NCBI GenBank assembly: GCA_039545335.1
Contig: BCIN01000010.1
Coordinates: forward strand, 515,804-540,843
DNA: 25,040 nucleotides
Reading direction: 5' to 3'
From: Kondoa subrosea
Lineage: Eukaryota
In this document: positions 1 to 11,112 of the stretch, in pieces
Layout: each line of letters begins with the position of its first letter
How positions within the stretch are numbered: the stretch's first letter is position 1
The notes under the pieces: model-generated
Database searches by the model: none
The model's input: the letters and a program-made list of their open reading frames with translations, nothing else
Told to the model about the DNA's origin: nothing
Position numbers and translations under genes: made by a program

Positions 1-2266
1 GGTCCACCAGTTTGCGCTTCCGCTGGATTGTCCGCTTAGCTTGTGATGAAATTGATGTACATCGTACTTACGAACAACATGACCAACGCAGAATCCGTGA
101 GTTCTGGTCGAAACCGTGTCAGCATAGAGGCATCGTGACGTGAGCCAATTACTGACCCTCCGCTAAATCTTCCATCTGTAAGACACGCAACATCTAATCC
201 AAGACCAGCGCCCATGATCATAGAGGTTGGCTATTACCCCATATCAGCTTTCTTCCACTCAAAACCACACAAGAAATACTGACTTTCAACATTTCTGGCA
301 TACCTGGACCACCTTTAGGTCCCATATATCTTAATACGACTACAGTCTTTTCACCCTTCTTGATCGAACCGCTTTCAACAGCTGAAATTAAGGCATCTTC
401 TGTATCGAATACTCTTGCTTTGCCTTTGAAATGTAGACCTTCTTTGCCTGTGATCTTGGCTACTGCTCCTCCAGGTGATAGAGATCCTTTCAGAATACTA
501 TGGCGCGCAAGCATGAGCGCCGCTTGCATATAGTGCAATGAAAAATCGAACGAACCGAATATGACCTGTTGATTTTATCGGATTGCTCAGAGGTCGAATC
601 ACATCTTGACCATGCGGTAGATCTTTCGCATGTTCCAGATTCTCGCCTAGAGTCTTTCCCGTGACAGTCATAGTATTGCCATCGATGAGTTTCTCTTGCA
701 AGAGGTATTTCAGAACCGCTATGACATCAATGGATCAGCTCAATTCGCAAGTCATACAAAAAAGACGTACTAGGGATACCACCGATCTTGAAAACATCTT
801 CCATCACGTACTTGCCGGAAGGCTTCAGATCAGCAAGGAAAGGTATGCGATCGGAAACAGTTTGGAAATCGTCAATAGAAAGCTTGATGCCAACAGAGTG
901 AGCGATAGCGATAATATGTAGGACAGCGTTTGTAGAACCTCCTAGAATCATAGTGAGTACCTGTTTACATGATTGTCAACTCAACACGTGTGATGCAAAG
1001 GCTTAAGAAAGGCTGTGGCTGACCATCGCATTTTCGAAGGCTGCACGAGTCATGATGTCTCTAGGCTTGATATCCTTTTCCAGCAGGTTGCGCATAGCAG
1101 CACCGACGCTATCACATTCTTGCAGCTTTTCTGGTTCCTCTGCTGGGAAACTACTTGATCCGGGTAATGTCATTCCCATTGCTTCGGCAGCGCTTGCCAT
1201 AGTGTTACTGCATCTCGTTTTCAGATACGAAGGACACCTCAAAAATGATCGAGACAAACGCTGTATACATGCCTGTGTGTCGACAAAACTCACTCAGTGA
1301 ACATAAGTCACCAAGCAGCTCATCGACGCACCTCCACAAGCACCAGCACCAGGACACGAATGTCGCACGGTATTATAACGAGTCCTTTCCGCTTCTTCCG
1401 TTTTGCCTTCGCTGACATAACGACCATACGATTGGAAAGCGCTAACAATATCAAGTTGAGGAGCTCCTTCGCAACTTCCAGGCTTGATCGTTCCTCCATA
1501 AACCATCAAACCAGGTCTATTCAATCTTCCAAGGGCCATAAGAGTTCCAGGCATATTTTTGTCGCACGCCTTTTTCAACACCCAATTGAGCGAGCATTCG
1601 ACCAAAAGGAACAGAGGGACGAACAGGAATGACAACCATTCCATCTAACCAATGACCACCAGCAACAGTTTCCACAGCATCCGCTATCAGATCTCTTGAT
1701 TGGAGAGAGAAGTTCATCCCTGAAGTACCCATGGATATCCCATCGCTCACTCCTGGTACACCAAATTGATAGCCTGTGATACCTGCTTCTGAGATAGACT
1801 TTCTTATCCTTTGACCTAGGCCTAGGACGTGCTTGTTACAGCTGCAAGTGGTCATTTGATTGAGAATCACGGTTGAAATAGGGTTATGATCGAGCTTACG
1901 GATTGCCTTCGTACCTTTGCAAGAAGTTAGCTTGAAGTATACTGAATGCATGCAGAAGACTGACCAAATGCTAGCTACACCAACCATAGCTTTTTGTAAA
2001 TCTGCATCTGAAGTAATTTCATCCGTAGCATACAGCATAGCCTACAATTCGATCACTCATTAGATCTCTCACTTGAAGTATTCTGTATGAAAGAAGCTGA
2101 CCTGGGAAGCTCCCTGATCTTTAGGCTGAGTTATAGTCTTGCTGTATTTGTTTAAAGCTTGTGCATTGCGAGTTGCATTGCTTGATAGACAGCGACGTTT
2201 GGCTGCATTGGTACATATCGCTTGTGCTCGCTGTCCTGCACTTAGCCACTGTGAAGAACCAATCAT
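1..2266 (-). CDS. ILV3: Mitochondrial dihydroxy-acid dehydratase (IlvD/Edd family), multi-exon, 3' end outside the window
   Basis: Spliced exons give [94 protein letters not shown] and [21 protein letters not shown]. The N-terminus resembles an Arg/Ser/Ala-rich presequence. ATG at 2266. Confidence 0.97.
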
Positions 2267-2375
2267 CGTCGCTGGAAAGAAAAAAAGTAAAGTCTTGTTG
2301 TTTCAATGCGATGACTCTATATGCGGTCTCAGTGACAATTAGGATAATACGAGCAAGAGTTCTGGAATAACACGG

Positions 2376-3557
2376 ATGTCACAGCAAGAAATGACAGAAC
2401 GATGGGCGAGTCTCGCTGAAGAGCGATTGAATGCGAGAGAATTGGATGATGAGCCTCAGCAAGAAAGGGCAAATCTGGAGCAAGAGGATCAGTTCCGGAT
2501 CAAGCGGAACACTGTGCTGGAGGTTGGAGCCATCTATTCCAGTTTGGCATTCTTTGCTATTCTCGGTGCTTTGGCTAGAATCGGCTTGACTGGCTTAGCG
2601 ACTTATCCTGGTCAATCTGTCTTTAGTACAGCTGCTGCACAAGCTGTGGGATGCGCTCTCATGGGTCTATTCGTCAGGAATAAGGAAGGGTTGGAAAATT
2701 TGTGAGCCAAGACTCATGCTATAAGTAAACCGCTAAGTATTGTAGATATGTTCCATTATACGTTGGATTGACTACTGGCCTATGTGGCTCGATTACGACC
2801 TTTTCGACTTGGATGTTTCAGACCTTTGAAGCGTTTGGCGATTTACCACAACTGCATAATGGCGGTGTTCGCAACGTGAGTTTGTACGCTTACCCACCTT
2901 CATATGTGTTCAAGAAATGTTCAGGTCGTCGACGCCTTCACCCAAATCTACATCACTTTCGCAGTTGCTTCCGCTGGGCTGAGATTTGGCATCCATACTT
3001 CTACTTCCCTTCGACAAATAGGTCTTTTACCTCCAACTCCATCTAAAGATGATTCTCTCAGAGCAAAGCACAAGACACGCAAACTTCATCTTTGCGTGAT
3101 CCTGTTTGGCATCGCTTTTTATGCGGGTACCGGTATTCTGGCGGGTTTAAAACCTTCTTTCCGACACGTCACCTTCCCACTCATCTTTGCACCTCTTGGA
3201 GCTTGGCTTCGATACTTGCTATCCAAACAACTCAATTCTCTCCAACCTTCTTTTCCTCTCGGCACTTTCACAGCCAATATGATCGCAACAGCTCTTATTT
3301 CCGCTTTCACTCTTCTCAAATATACAGAAGCAACAAGTACAATCAGTTGCGTAGTCCTTACTGGTTTGATTGATGGCTTTTGTGGTTGTTTGAGTACGGT
3401 ATCAACTTTCGCTACTGAATTAAGAGGAATGAAAAGGTTTCATGCTTATCGTTATGCTATAACAAGTATTGTCGTCGGTCAAGCTTTGGTCGTACTTGTT
3501 TTTGGTTCGTATTGGTGGTCGAAAGGGTTGAATGGGCAATGTTCGGATCGATATTGA
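2376..3557 (+). CDS. FEX1: Fluoride export channel with two Fluc/CrcB domains
   Basis: Introns 2702-2745 and 2876-2924. Two Fluc signature motifs, GLTTGLCGSITTFSTW and GLIDGFCGCLSTVSTF, plus GALARIGL, APLGAWLRY and FPLGTFTAN, with multiple hydrophobic segments. Confidence 0.93.
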
Positions 3558-3727
3558 AGCTTCAGAATGATCGATTCCTTGATCTCGACTGCAAGATCTA
3601 TCTACCTATCGTTGCTACTATCGGGGTTCAGATTGGACTAAAAGAGCCGGTCTTTCGACCGAGGATGACTTGCAGAGCCCTTTCGGTCATTTCCTCTCTC
3701 TTTCTCTTTTGCTTCAACTAGCTGACT

Positions 3728-3770
3728 TTCTGTTGATCAGAACTCAACAGCTGCTTCTGTTGATCAGAAC
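3728..3770. repeat. 16-bp direct repeat TTCTGTTGATCAGAAC x2, each copy quasi-palindromic
   Basis: Copies at 3728-3743 and 3755-3770, read directly from the sequence. Confidence 0.85.
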
Positions 3771-4641
3771 AGCCCAACTGTCATCCCTCGCTGGTCGATA
3801 AACCCTTTCATCCATCCATTCTTCTAGTGATGAATTGCGCTTCGTTCAATACCGTTCGTTTGTTAAGCTGGTCTCCATCGAATGATCTATCAGCTACTGC
3901 GCTGTTGGAAGTCAGTGTTTGATCCTTTGGCAGATGATATTCCTGGGTGCTGATGACACCTTCTTTTCATTGTTTAGTCCAATCGAGAATGTAATCCGAT
4001 TCTGAAGTCGGCAGAACAGTGGATGAGAAAGCGCATTTATAATCTTACTGGTGAGGTTGAGGATTCCACTCCTTTGATCCAAGATCTAGCTGTCCGTCGT
4101 TATTTTTCTTGAAGAGGAAAGAAAATACTCAATGTTGCTTCGTACAGAACACGAGATCTTATGGTACACTGACTCCTGATGTCTCACTCTCTGCTTCTGT
4201 CGATTACTTTACTCTCCCGTTATACAATGAGGCAAATGTTGTTCATCAAGGGCTTTCTCAAGAGTTGGTTTAGCAGGCAATCAACGATCATGCCTTTGAT
4301 GTATTGGAATCACGCATGCAGTCACTAGCATAATAGCTTGACACCTACAGATGCATTCAATTGCTCTGAACGTTTTAGCTGAGGATCGGAATTTCCATCT
4401 GTTCTGTTGGTGCCGATTGACTTGTGTTGTGTAATTGAGTTTCAGGGATTGAAAAAGCGACTGCACCTGCATCTGCAACTGTTTCTGCAACTGTTTCTTG
4501 GTTTTAGCAATTACAACGACTTTCTTCTCCTTTGAGACGCGTTTCTAGCGTGTAATAGTCTCAACAGCAACATCACAGGACAGGACTAGCCCTAGAAAGC
4601 TAGATCTCAACTGTATATCTCCACATTCCCAAAAATCGCAA

Positions 4642-5451
4642 ATGGCAGAAGTTCAAGCGGCTCCTGTGAACCCGTTTCAGATTGGCTCAGAATGGGCGAG
4701 CATTGATCACTGGGTATCTGCTGCAAGATCTGTAGCTGAACGAGCTGGATTCAGAGTAAATCGTAGAACAGCTTTGGCCAAATGTCGACTCTTCTGTACT
4801 CATTCTCATGGCTCAAACAAGTGTAGCTTCAGTATAACGTTGAGAAGAATAAGAGATGATGAGGTGATCGGGAACATGTTGTGGTTTGTTGCGGATGGAG
4901 TCTTGCAGCACTCAGGTGAGCTTTTGTGCATTTCTTTGAAACCTCAAGTGATAACCTTGATTACAGGACATTATCCAACAGCTGTCGATCCACGTCAACT
5001 AACAAAAGAAGAAGAGAAATCATTGGCCAGTAACTTCGCAGCTCTCAAAACCGCTTCGCCTAGGACCCCGAGCAGGCGTTCCAGCGCACGATCAGATGCT
5101 TCCGGCTCCACACAGGTCTCTGTACACTCTTCTGAATCACCTCACTCGCCTTCTACTTCTTTTACTGGACCGAAAAGCGATGAACTGTCTCATCTTCGGC
5201 CGGAGAGCACAATCGCCCAATTGCTCGACACTCTCTATCTTCCAGCAGATGCAGCAAGTCTAGAAGGAGCTGGAGCGGAAAATGTTGACGACCTACTGTG
5301 GCTGTCTCACGACGAGTTGAGGGAGTTCCTCTTTGAGACATGCTCTCCGCCGCTCAGGAAGATCAATGCGTTGAGGATCGTGAGCGCTTGCAAAGTCCTC
5401 GAAGAGATGTTTGGGAGAATAGCGAGAGTGAAAATGGAACCTGTCGAGTGA
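4642..5451 (+). CDS. Putative DNA-binding protein: FAR1/MULE (WRKY-GCM1-type) zinc finger, Ser-rich linker and SAM-like C-terminal domain
   Basis: N-terminal FQIGSEWASIDHWVSAARSVAERAGFRV followed by C-x8-C...W...HSGH after removing a 51-nt GT-AG intron (4916-4966). C-terminal TIAQLLDTLYL...LEGAGAENVDDLLWLSHDELREF...LRKINALRIVSAC resembles a SAM helical pattern. Domain calls are by eye. Confidence 0.7.
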   Translation: MAEVQAAPVNPFQIGSEWASIDHWVSAARSVAERAGFRVNRRTALAKCRLFCTHSHGSNKCSFSITLRRIRDDEVIGNMLWFVADGVLQHSGELLCISLKPQVITLITGHYPTAVDPRQLTKEEEKSLASNFAALKTASPRTPSRRSSARSDASGSTQVSVHSSESPHSPSTSFTGPKSDELSHLRPESTIAQLLDTLYLPADAASLEGAGAENVDDLLWLSHDELREFLFETCSPPLRKINALRIVSACKVLEEMFGRIARVKMEPVE

Positions 5452-5712
5452 GGCATGGACAAGAAGATTGTATCGAAGAGTGTATTATTTGTGTGTATAT
5501 ATTCGTGAATCGTTATTTTGTATCTATATGCGACAAGAGTAGTCATACAACAGGAACAGACCGAATTACTAAACGAATGATTCTGCACCAATACCTAACC
5601 AACCATTGCTATACGTCCAGCGTCAAAGCACAACTTCAGCACAACTTCATTGCGAGTTGATCGTTCAGCGCTTTCAGCTGAGCCTCAGGAGAAGGCGACT
5701 CGGACCTCACGA

Positions 5713-7010
5713 TCACCATTGAGGGTGTTCTTCAGAGAACGGCGAGTCAAGATCCATAGACTGATCTGCTCCAAAGGCACCACCAAGAGACAGGGGTTGA
5801 TCCTTGTGCTTGTGAATTGCCTGAGAAGGAGAAGAGGGGTTTGGAACCTCAAGATGTAAAGCCTTTCTTTCGGCAGAACGAGGTGTGGACAGTAGTGACA
5901 TTGAGCTTAGACGACCCTCGACGTGCTGAGATGGACGGCGAGGAGGAAGATGAGACGATTTAGGTGTACTCGGGAAGTCTATTTCAAAGGATGAAGCCAG
6001 GGTAGATGTGGAAGCTTTCGAAGCTAAACTATTAGCGAAGAAAGACGCTGCAGAAGAGGAGCCGGAAGACGAGAAGCTGCAGATCGAACTTGTCGGAGAT
6101 GGAGGAGTTGCAAAATCTTCGAAAGAAAGCAGCGGCTCAGAGGCGGTAGCAGTGAGGCAAGGTCTTGCTTTGGCATCAGATTGTGATCTTGCTGCTCTCG
6201 GGGTGCCTTGGATAGGTGAAAGAGGCGTGCCAAAGCTGAAAACTGCGGAATGAGAAGAGCCATATGAGTTTGTGTTTGATCGGCGAGGTTTGCTATAAGG
6301 AGATGTCGACTGGTGTAACTTGTTGGAAAGACGATTCAGTGTAGAAGAGGAGGATTCGCGCTGCACAGGGAGAAAATCCATTGAGTTCTGTCGGACTAGA
6401 GAGCGTTTCCTTGGATTCTTTGGAGTAGCCTCAGCATCGAAAGCAGAAGGCGTTTGAAGCAGATCGTGGCCATAGACATCAAATTGGCTTCTGGTTCTTG
6501 CCAGCTCCATCAGTCTTGCTCGTGTGGCTTTCAGAGAGTGTTTCCAGGCATGCTCCTTCTTCAATACTGTAATTGCCCGATAAATGCATTGTACGTCAAA
6601 AAACGCGTCAAAACGGTCACTAACCTGCTTTAGCCATCGAGTGTAAGAGCTGAGAGGGAGGTAGACCGATAAAGGGAGTGTTACAAGCAAGCTGGCCATC
6701 GATGAACTACAAATTACGCGTCACAACCATTCTTTCGCTAGCATTCGGTAAGCCTCACCTCATCCAATGCCGTTTTCAACAATGCCTCTTCATCATGGCT
6801 CCAATGACCTTCGTGTATTGAATCGCGCTCATCGTCCTCCTCTTCGTCCTCAACGCTGGACATTGATGCTATAGAACTGCGCTTGCGGAGGAGACCAGGT
6901 CTTGGTCCTTGATGACCATATGTGCCAAACTTGAATGTGGTTTCATAGCAGGGCGGTGTGACCATATCAGGCGTGCATCGACCGCTGACTGGTTCATCGA
7001 TTTGGAGCAT
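5713..7010 (-). CDS. Uncharacterised fungal protein with a Myb/SANT-like helical domain and a long Ser/Pro-rich tail
   Basis: ATG at 7010, introns 6707-6758 and 6567-6624. Spliced core HWSHDEEALLKTALDEFIDGQLACNTPFIGLPPSQLLHSMAKAVLKKEHAWKHSLKATRARLMELAR, with many SP/TP sites downstream. Confidence 0.75.
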
Positions 7011-7141
7011 TATAGACTTGATCTGAATTGATGTAGTTGAGATTGAGTGAGACGGATATGTGGTGCTGGGGGTAATTAGAAGCAGCGATGCTTGATGAGC
7101 GGAGTGGTAGTAAAGAACAAGATGAGCAAGAAAAGTCAAGG

Positions 7142-7250
7142 ACGCGTTTGTAAATGGAACGTTGGTTGATCTTCGCGTGAATTCTGTTGTTTCTTTTTTA
7201 ATTGATTGCACCTCAGAAAGGAAAGGTTCGCGACGAGTTTCAATACGCGA
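7142..7250. promoter_or_regulatory. Cluster of MCB/SCB-like CGCG elements upstream of the 5713-7010 gene
   Basis: ACGCGT 7142-7147, TTCGCGT 7172-7178, TTCGCGA 7227-7233 and ACGCGA 7245-7250. Function is inferred only. Confidence 0.4.
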
Positions 7251-7262
7251 CACGGGAGAAAC

Positions 7263-10200
7263 TCAGCCCCGCAGAGGCTGTCGACAAGCAGGACAATTGC
7301 GCGATCTGGCCAACCATTTCACCATGCAGTCTTGATGGAAGCTAAGATCAATAGCTTCAGATCGATCGTCTCTAGCTACAACACTAAAAAGCTCACCAGT
7401 GTGTACATTCTGGAAAAATGCACGCCATCTCATTGGCTTTGAACTGAGTCAAGCATATCTGCTCCATATTAGTTTGCTTTTTATCAAGCTAACTTTGCTG
7501 CTCACTGTACACTTGTTCACTCGAACTCCAGCACAGCCTAGTTTAGTCTTGGTTTTACCATTTTTGTCTACTCTTCTGCTCTCGACTTCAATTCTCGCAA
7601 TAGATAACAAATCCCAATCAGCGTCAGAAATGACATTGGTAGGTTTGGCTGTTCCAAGCACTTCTTGAATCGTAAGGTAATCTTCGTAATGTCTTCCATC
7701 GTCCGGGGCAGCACCTTGCTCTCTGTCAACTCGAGCCAAAAGTGCATCGAAATCTGTGTAAGCCACAGAACGCTGCCTCTGTAGAGTGGGAGGCGCAACA
7801 GCAGTCTGCGCTGGTGTTGCGCTCGTCGGAATGTCTTGAGCAGCCAATGCTTGTACTGGGATTGGATGAGAAATGACTGGAGATTCTATTGTACCAGAAA
7901 TGGTAGGCGTAGGGCTTTGTGCTTGCGCTGAAGACTCGCTAAGTGTCTGGACATCAGGTCTGGGCGTAGTGTCGCTCGGTACAGCTGCTTCGGAGGTTGA
8001 GACATGTCCGTTGATGCGGGCTCGAGATTTTGTTGGTGTATGTGAATCTGCCTTGATTTCAGGATGCACGACAGACTGAGGATGACTTGAGTCTTCTTCT
8101 TCTATGTCTTCATCCACAGAAGGTTGAACGTCAACAATTGGCGTCGTTGGTGGCGGGGCGAAATATCGAGCATAACGCCATTCTTGACTTCGCGTTCGCC
8201 CATGTGTCGGCGCTACTACAGGTCGCTCTGGCGGAACAGGCGGAAGAGGTCTGAGAGGCTCACGAATCTCGGAGGACGACAGATTGGTACTCTTCCGCGC
8301 TGGAGGTAAAGGAGGAAGTTGCCTAGAGAAACGATTTGCAAGCTTGGGCGGTAATCGTCGAGCGTTATTCCGAGTCAGGATAGCTTCCGTTCGCTGTATG
8401 ATGGGCAGTTCGTCAGATTCATCAGAACTTCCTGCTTCAGAAGAATCGCTGCTGGTACTTGTTTCTGTTGAGGTAGTTCTATGACTTGCAGGTCGATTCC
8501 ATTGTTGCTGATATACTATATCTGGTTCAAGAGGTGGCGGTAAGCTGCTTCGATTGGGTTGGTAAGCCATGAACGAAGGTGTTCCAGGTAAAGGCGGCGA
8601 TTCTGAGGTCATTCGCTGCTTGCCTCTCTGCTTCTCAGACAGTCTCATCGCCCATGAATCTGCCTTAGTCTCTGTCCCGCTGCTTGATTCGTCGACGGAA
8701 GGTAAGTACTCGCTTTGAGGTCTTGCGGATTCAAAAGCTTTCGCTGCAGCGGCCCATCGTCTAGGCGCTGGGATAGGAGGCGGTTTCCGACGGATAGAAA
8801 GAGGTCGAACGAGAAGAGCTGAATGCCTCCGGCCTTCTTCTCTTCTGTACGAATCAGCCGAAGAACCAGCAGCAGGAGAAGTGACTTCTGGTGTCGAAAT
8901 ACGATGAATTTCAGGTCGTACAGGTATGAAAGGAGGGAAAGCACGAATGAGAGGCTCGTCAATTGCTGAGCTCGCTGATGAGTAATGTCCGGGCGCAGTA
9001 TTGCTGTTCTCGTCTTCCAAATCAGAAGAGTCAGTACTGATTGGTTCTGGTGCAGTTTTGACTACGCGAGGAAGAGAAGCATCCAAAATGCTTGTCAGAT
9101 CAGAAACGCCTGGATGATCTGGATGCATTCGCATTGTAATAGGTGTCCATGCGGAAGTTCGAGGCGCTGTAGGTATGAACAAAGATGAAGATGAAATAGT
9201 ATTGCTTAAGACCGATGCCGCCGGCCCAGTCGTCTTTGTCTGAGGAGATTCACTTTCTGCATTAGATTTGACATACAATGGACTACGAGGACTTGGAGCG
9301 CTGATGGTCTCTGAGGAGGGTCTGGGAGGTAGAAGTCTTGTAGGTGAAGGAGGAGGTTGCGAGGTTGGATTTACCTGCACTTCTTGTTGCGGCGAGTCTG
9401 CGGCTTTGCTACTATTGACTAGGCCAAAAGGCCGGCTATTGAAAAGATTGGCTAGTACAGATTGTGCTGGAGCAGATGTGCTTGCTTGCTGCGAGACTGT
9501 AGGTTCGCTTGGGATGCTTTTCGGTCTGATTCTGCTTGGAGTCAGCAATTGACGTATGGAACTAATAGAAGAGCGCTTTATTGGAGTAGTTGATGGTGAA
9601 GGGCGTTGCAATTCGGGCACATTGTGATTCTTGTCTTCGGTGTTGTCTTGTTCAAGCACTGCCGCAGAATCTTGCAAGGGAACAGCGGCTTCTTCCTCAA
9701 CGCTTTCTGATGGTGCGGCCGTTTCCTCAACATCGGCTTGCTGTTCTACTTTTGACAATGCTGGTACGGCGCTTGGCAACCTAGCCTGCTCTGGAGCCGT
9801 TTCTTGCTCTCCTTCAGCCTCATTTCGCCTCGACGCATTCGCATCTTCGCCTTGAGCTTTTCTACGTCTCGCCTGGTCGTTCGCTATCCGAGTTCCCAAG
9901 TCTACACCTCGTTCAATCTCTTCATTCCATATCCTCTCAAATTCCCTTTCTGTCTCAAGCGCGGCAGGAACGACAAACGACCTAGGTAGAGGATATTCAG
10001 GCATATTCAAAGATCCATTTTCAGAGGCAGTAGGTGAAGAAGGAGGTGAGTAGTAAACTGGAGGTGCTTCAAGAGGAAAAGACCATGCCGGCGGAGGTTG
10101 TTCAAAAGCAGGTGGTGCCGCTTCATTCGTTTCTAGCTCCAGACCTGTATGATGTCGCTTCAGAACAATCAAAGTTCGTGAAAACGAAGTGGGATATACC

Positions 10201-11016
10201 TTCGTATACATCACGTCGACGCATAGCAGCTTGATATTCTTGTCTAGCTACATTCTGCGCCTGTTCTTCCGCGTCTTCAATGTTAGAGATAGTGAAGACT
10301 TGTTCCTCTTCTTGAGACTCAGGTTGATTTGCTTCCATGCGAACGGAAGCCACTTCATTAGGGGTCGTCTGTGTTTCTTCAGGTTGGACTACTACAGGCT
10401 TGACCTTCTTGCGCTTCTTCTTCTTAATTACCATAGGTGGTGCAGGTACTTCGTTGACAGATGCAGTAGAAGTAGATGCGATAGGTTGAGCAATTAACAA
10501 AGGCTGATCGGCAAGTGGATGAGAAACTTGTCGAGCTAGATTATTACTGCTTCGGCTTCGAGCATTCAAAGGTGGTCTTTGTAGCGAAGACGCTGAAGGA
10601 ACCGTAGAAGCAAGAGGCAGTGAGACTGTTGATGTATTTGTTTCCAGTGAAGGGAAGGTTGGATTTCGAGGTGCAGCGCTTCTGCTTTTCACAGAAGTCT
10701 TTGCAGCAGTAGCATGTTGCTGTACTGGAGCTACTGGCCTGCGTGCTTGAGCAGTGGAAGGACCAGAAATACTTGGAGTCAAGCCGACATTAGCTACCGC
10801 AGCTTTGACTTGTGAATCAATACTCTTCTTCTTTGGTTTCTTGCTTTTCTTCTTAGGTTCCTCAGCTTTAGCTTTGGGCTGGAGAGCAGGCATTCGTAAA
10901 GAAGGGGTCTCGAGCGACAGCGAGCTCTGATTTGCCGAAAGGTAGACTGTTGAAGACGAGGACGCTGCTGCAGCAACAGCCTGCTGTTGAGCTGACTTCT
11001 TGGGCTTGCTGGTCAT
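7263..11016 (-). CDS. Large, mostly disordered protein (about 1198 aa) with a C-terminal RING-H2 finger; putative E3 ubiquitin ligase
   Basis: Introns 10145-10199, 7459-7505 and 7342-7396 join the ORFs. The C-terminus reads KCTICLTQFKANEMACIFPECTHCFHQDCMVKWLARSRNCPACRQPLRG*, a C3H2C3 pattern preceded by YEDYLTIQEVLG. Confidence 0.9.
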
Positions 11017-11112
11017 GTTTGCGACACTCGCTGGGCATCCTATTTGTGGTATAATCTAGAAGGACATCATTGTCTCGAATCAACCTTGTCTTGTATCAAA
11101 GGGATGATGGCA

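Noticed and set aside
2305..2365. GCGATGACTC and GAGTTC words upstream of FEX, considered as a fluoride riboswitch
   Set aside because: The elements are in the wrong order and lack P1/P2 stems.
3560..4500. Short minus-strand ORF pieces, one intron-like segment and a 12-bp tandem repeat near 4473-4497
   Set aside because: Stops occur in all frames and I could not assemble a coherent gene.
7873..10497. Numerous short + strand ORFs
   Set aside because: They are antisense shadows of the RING-H2 CDS.
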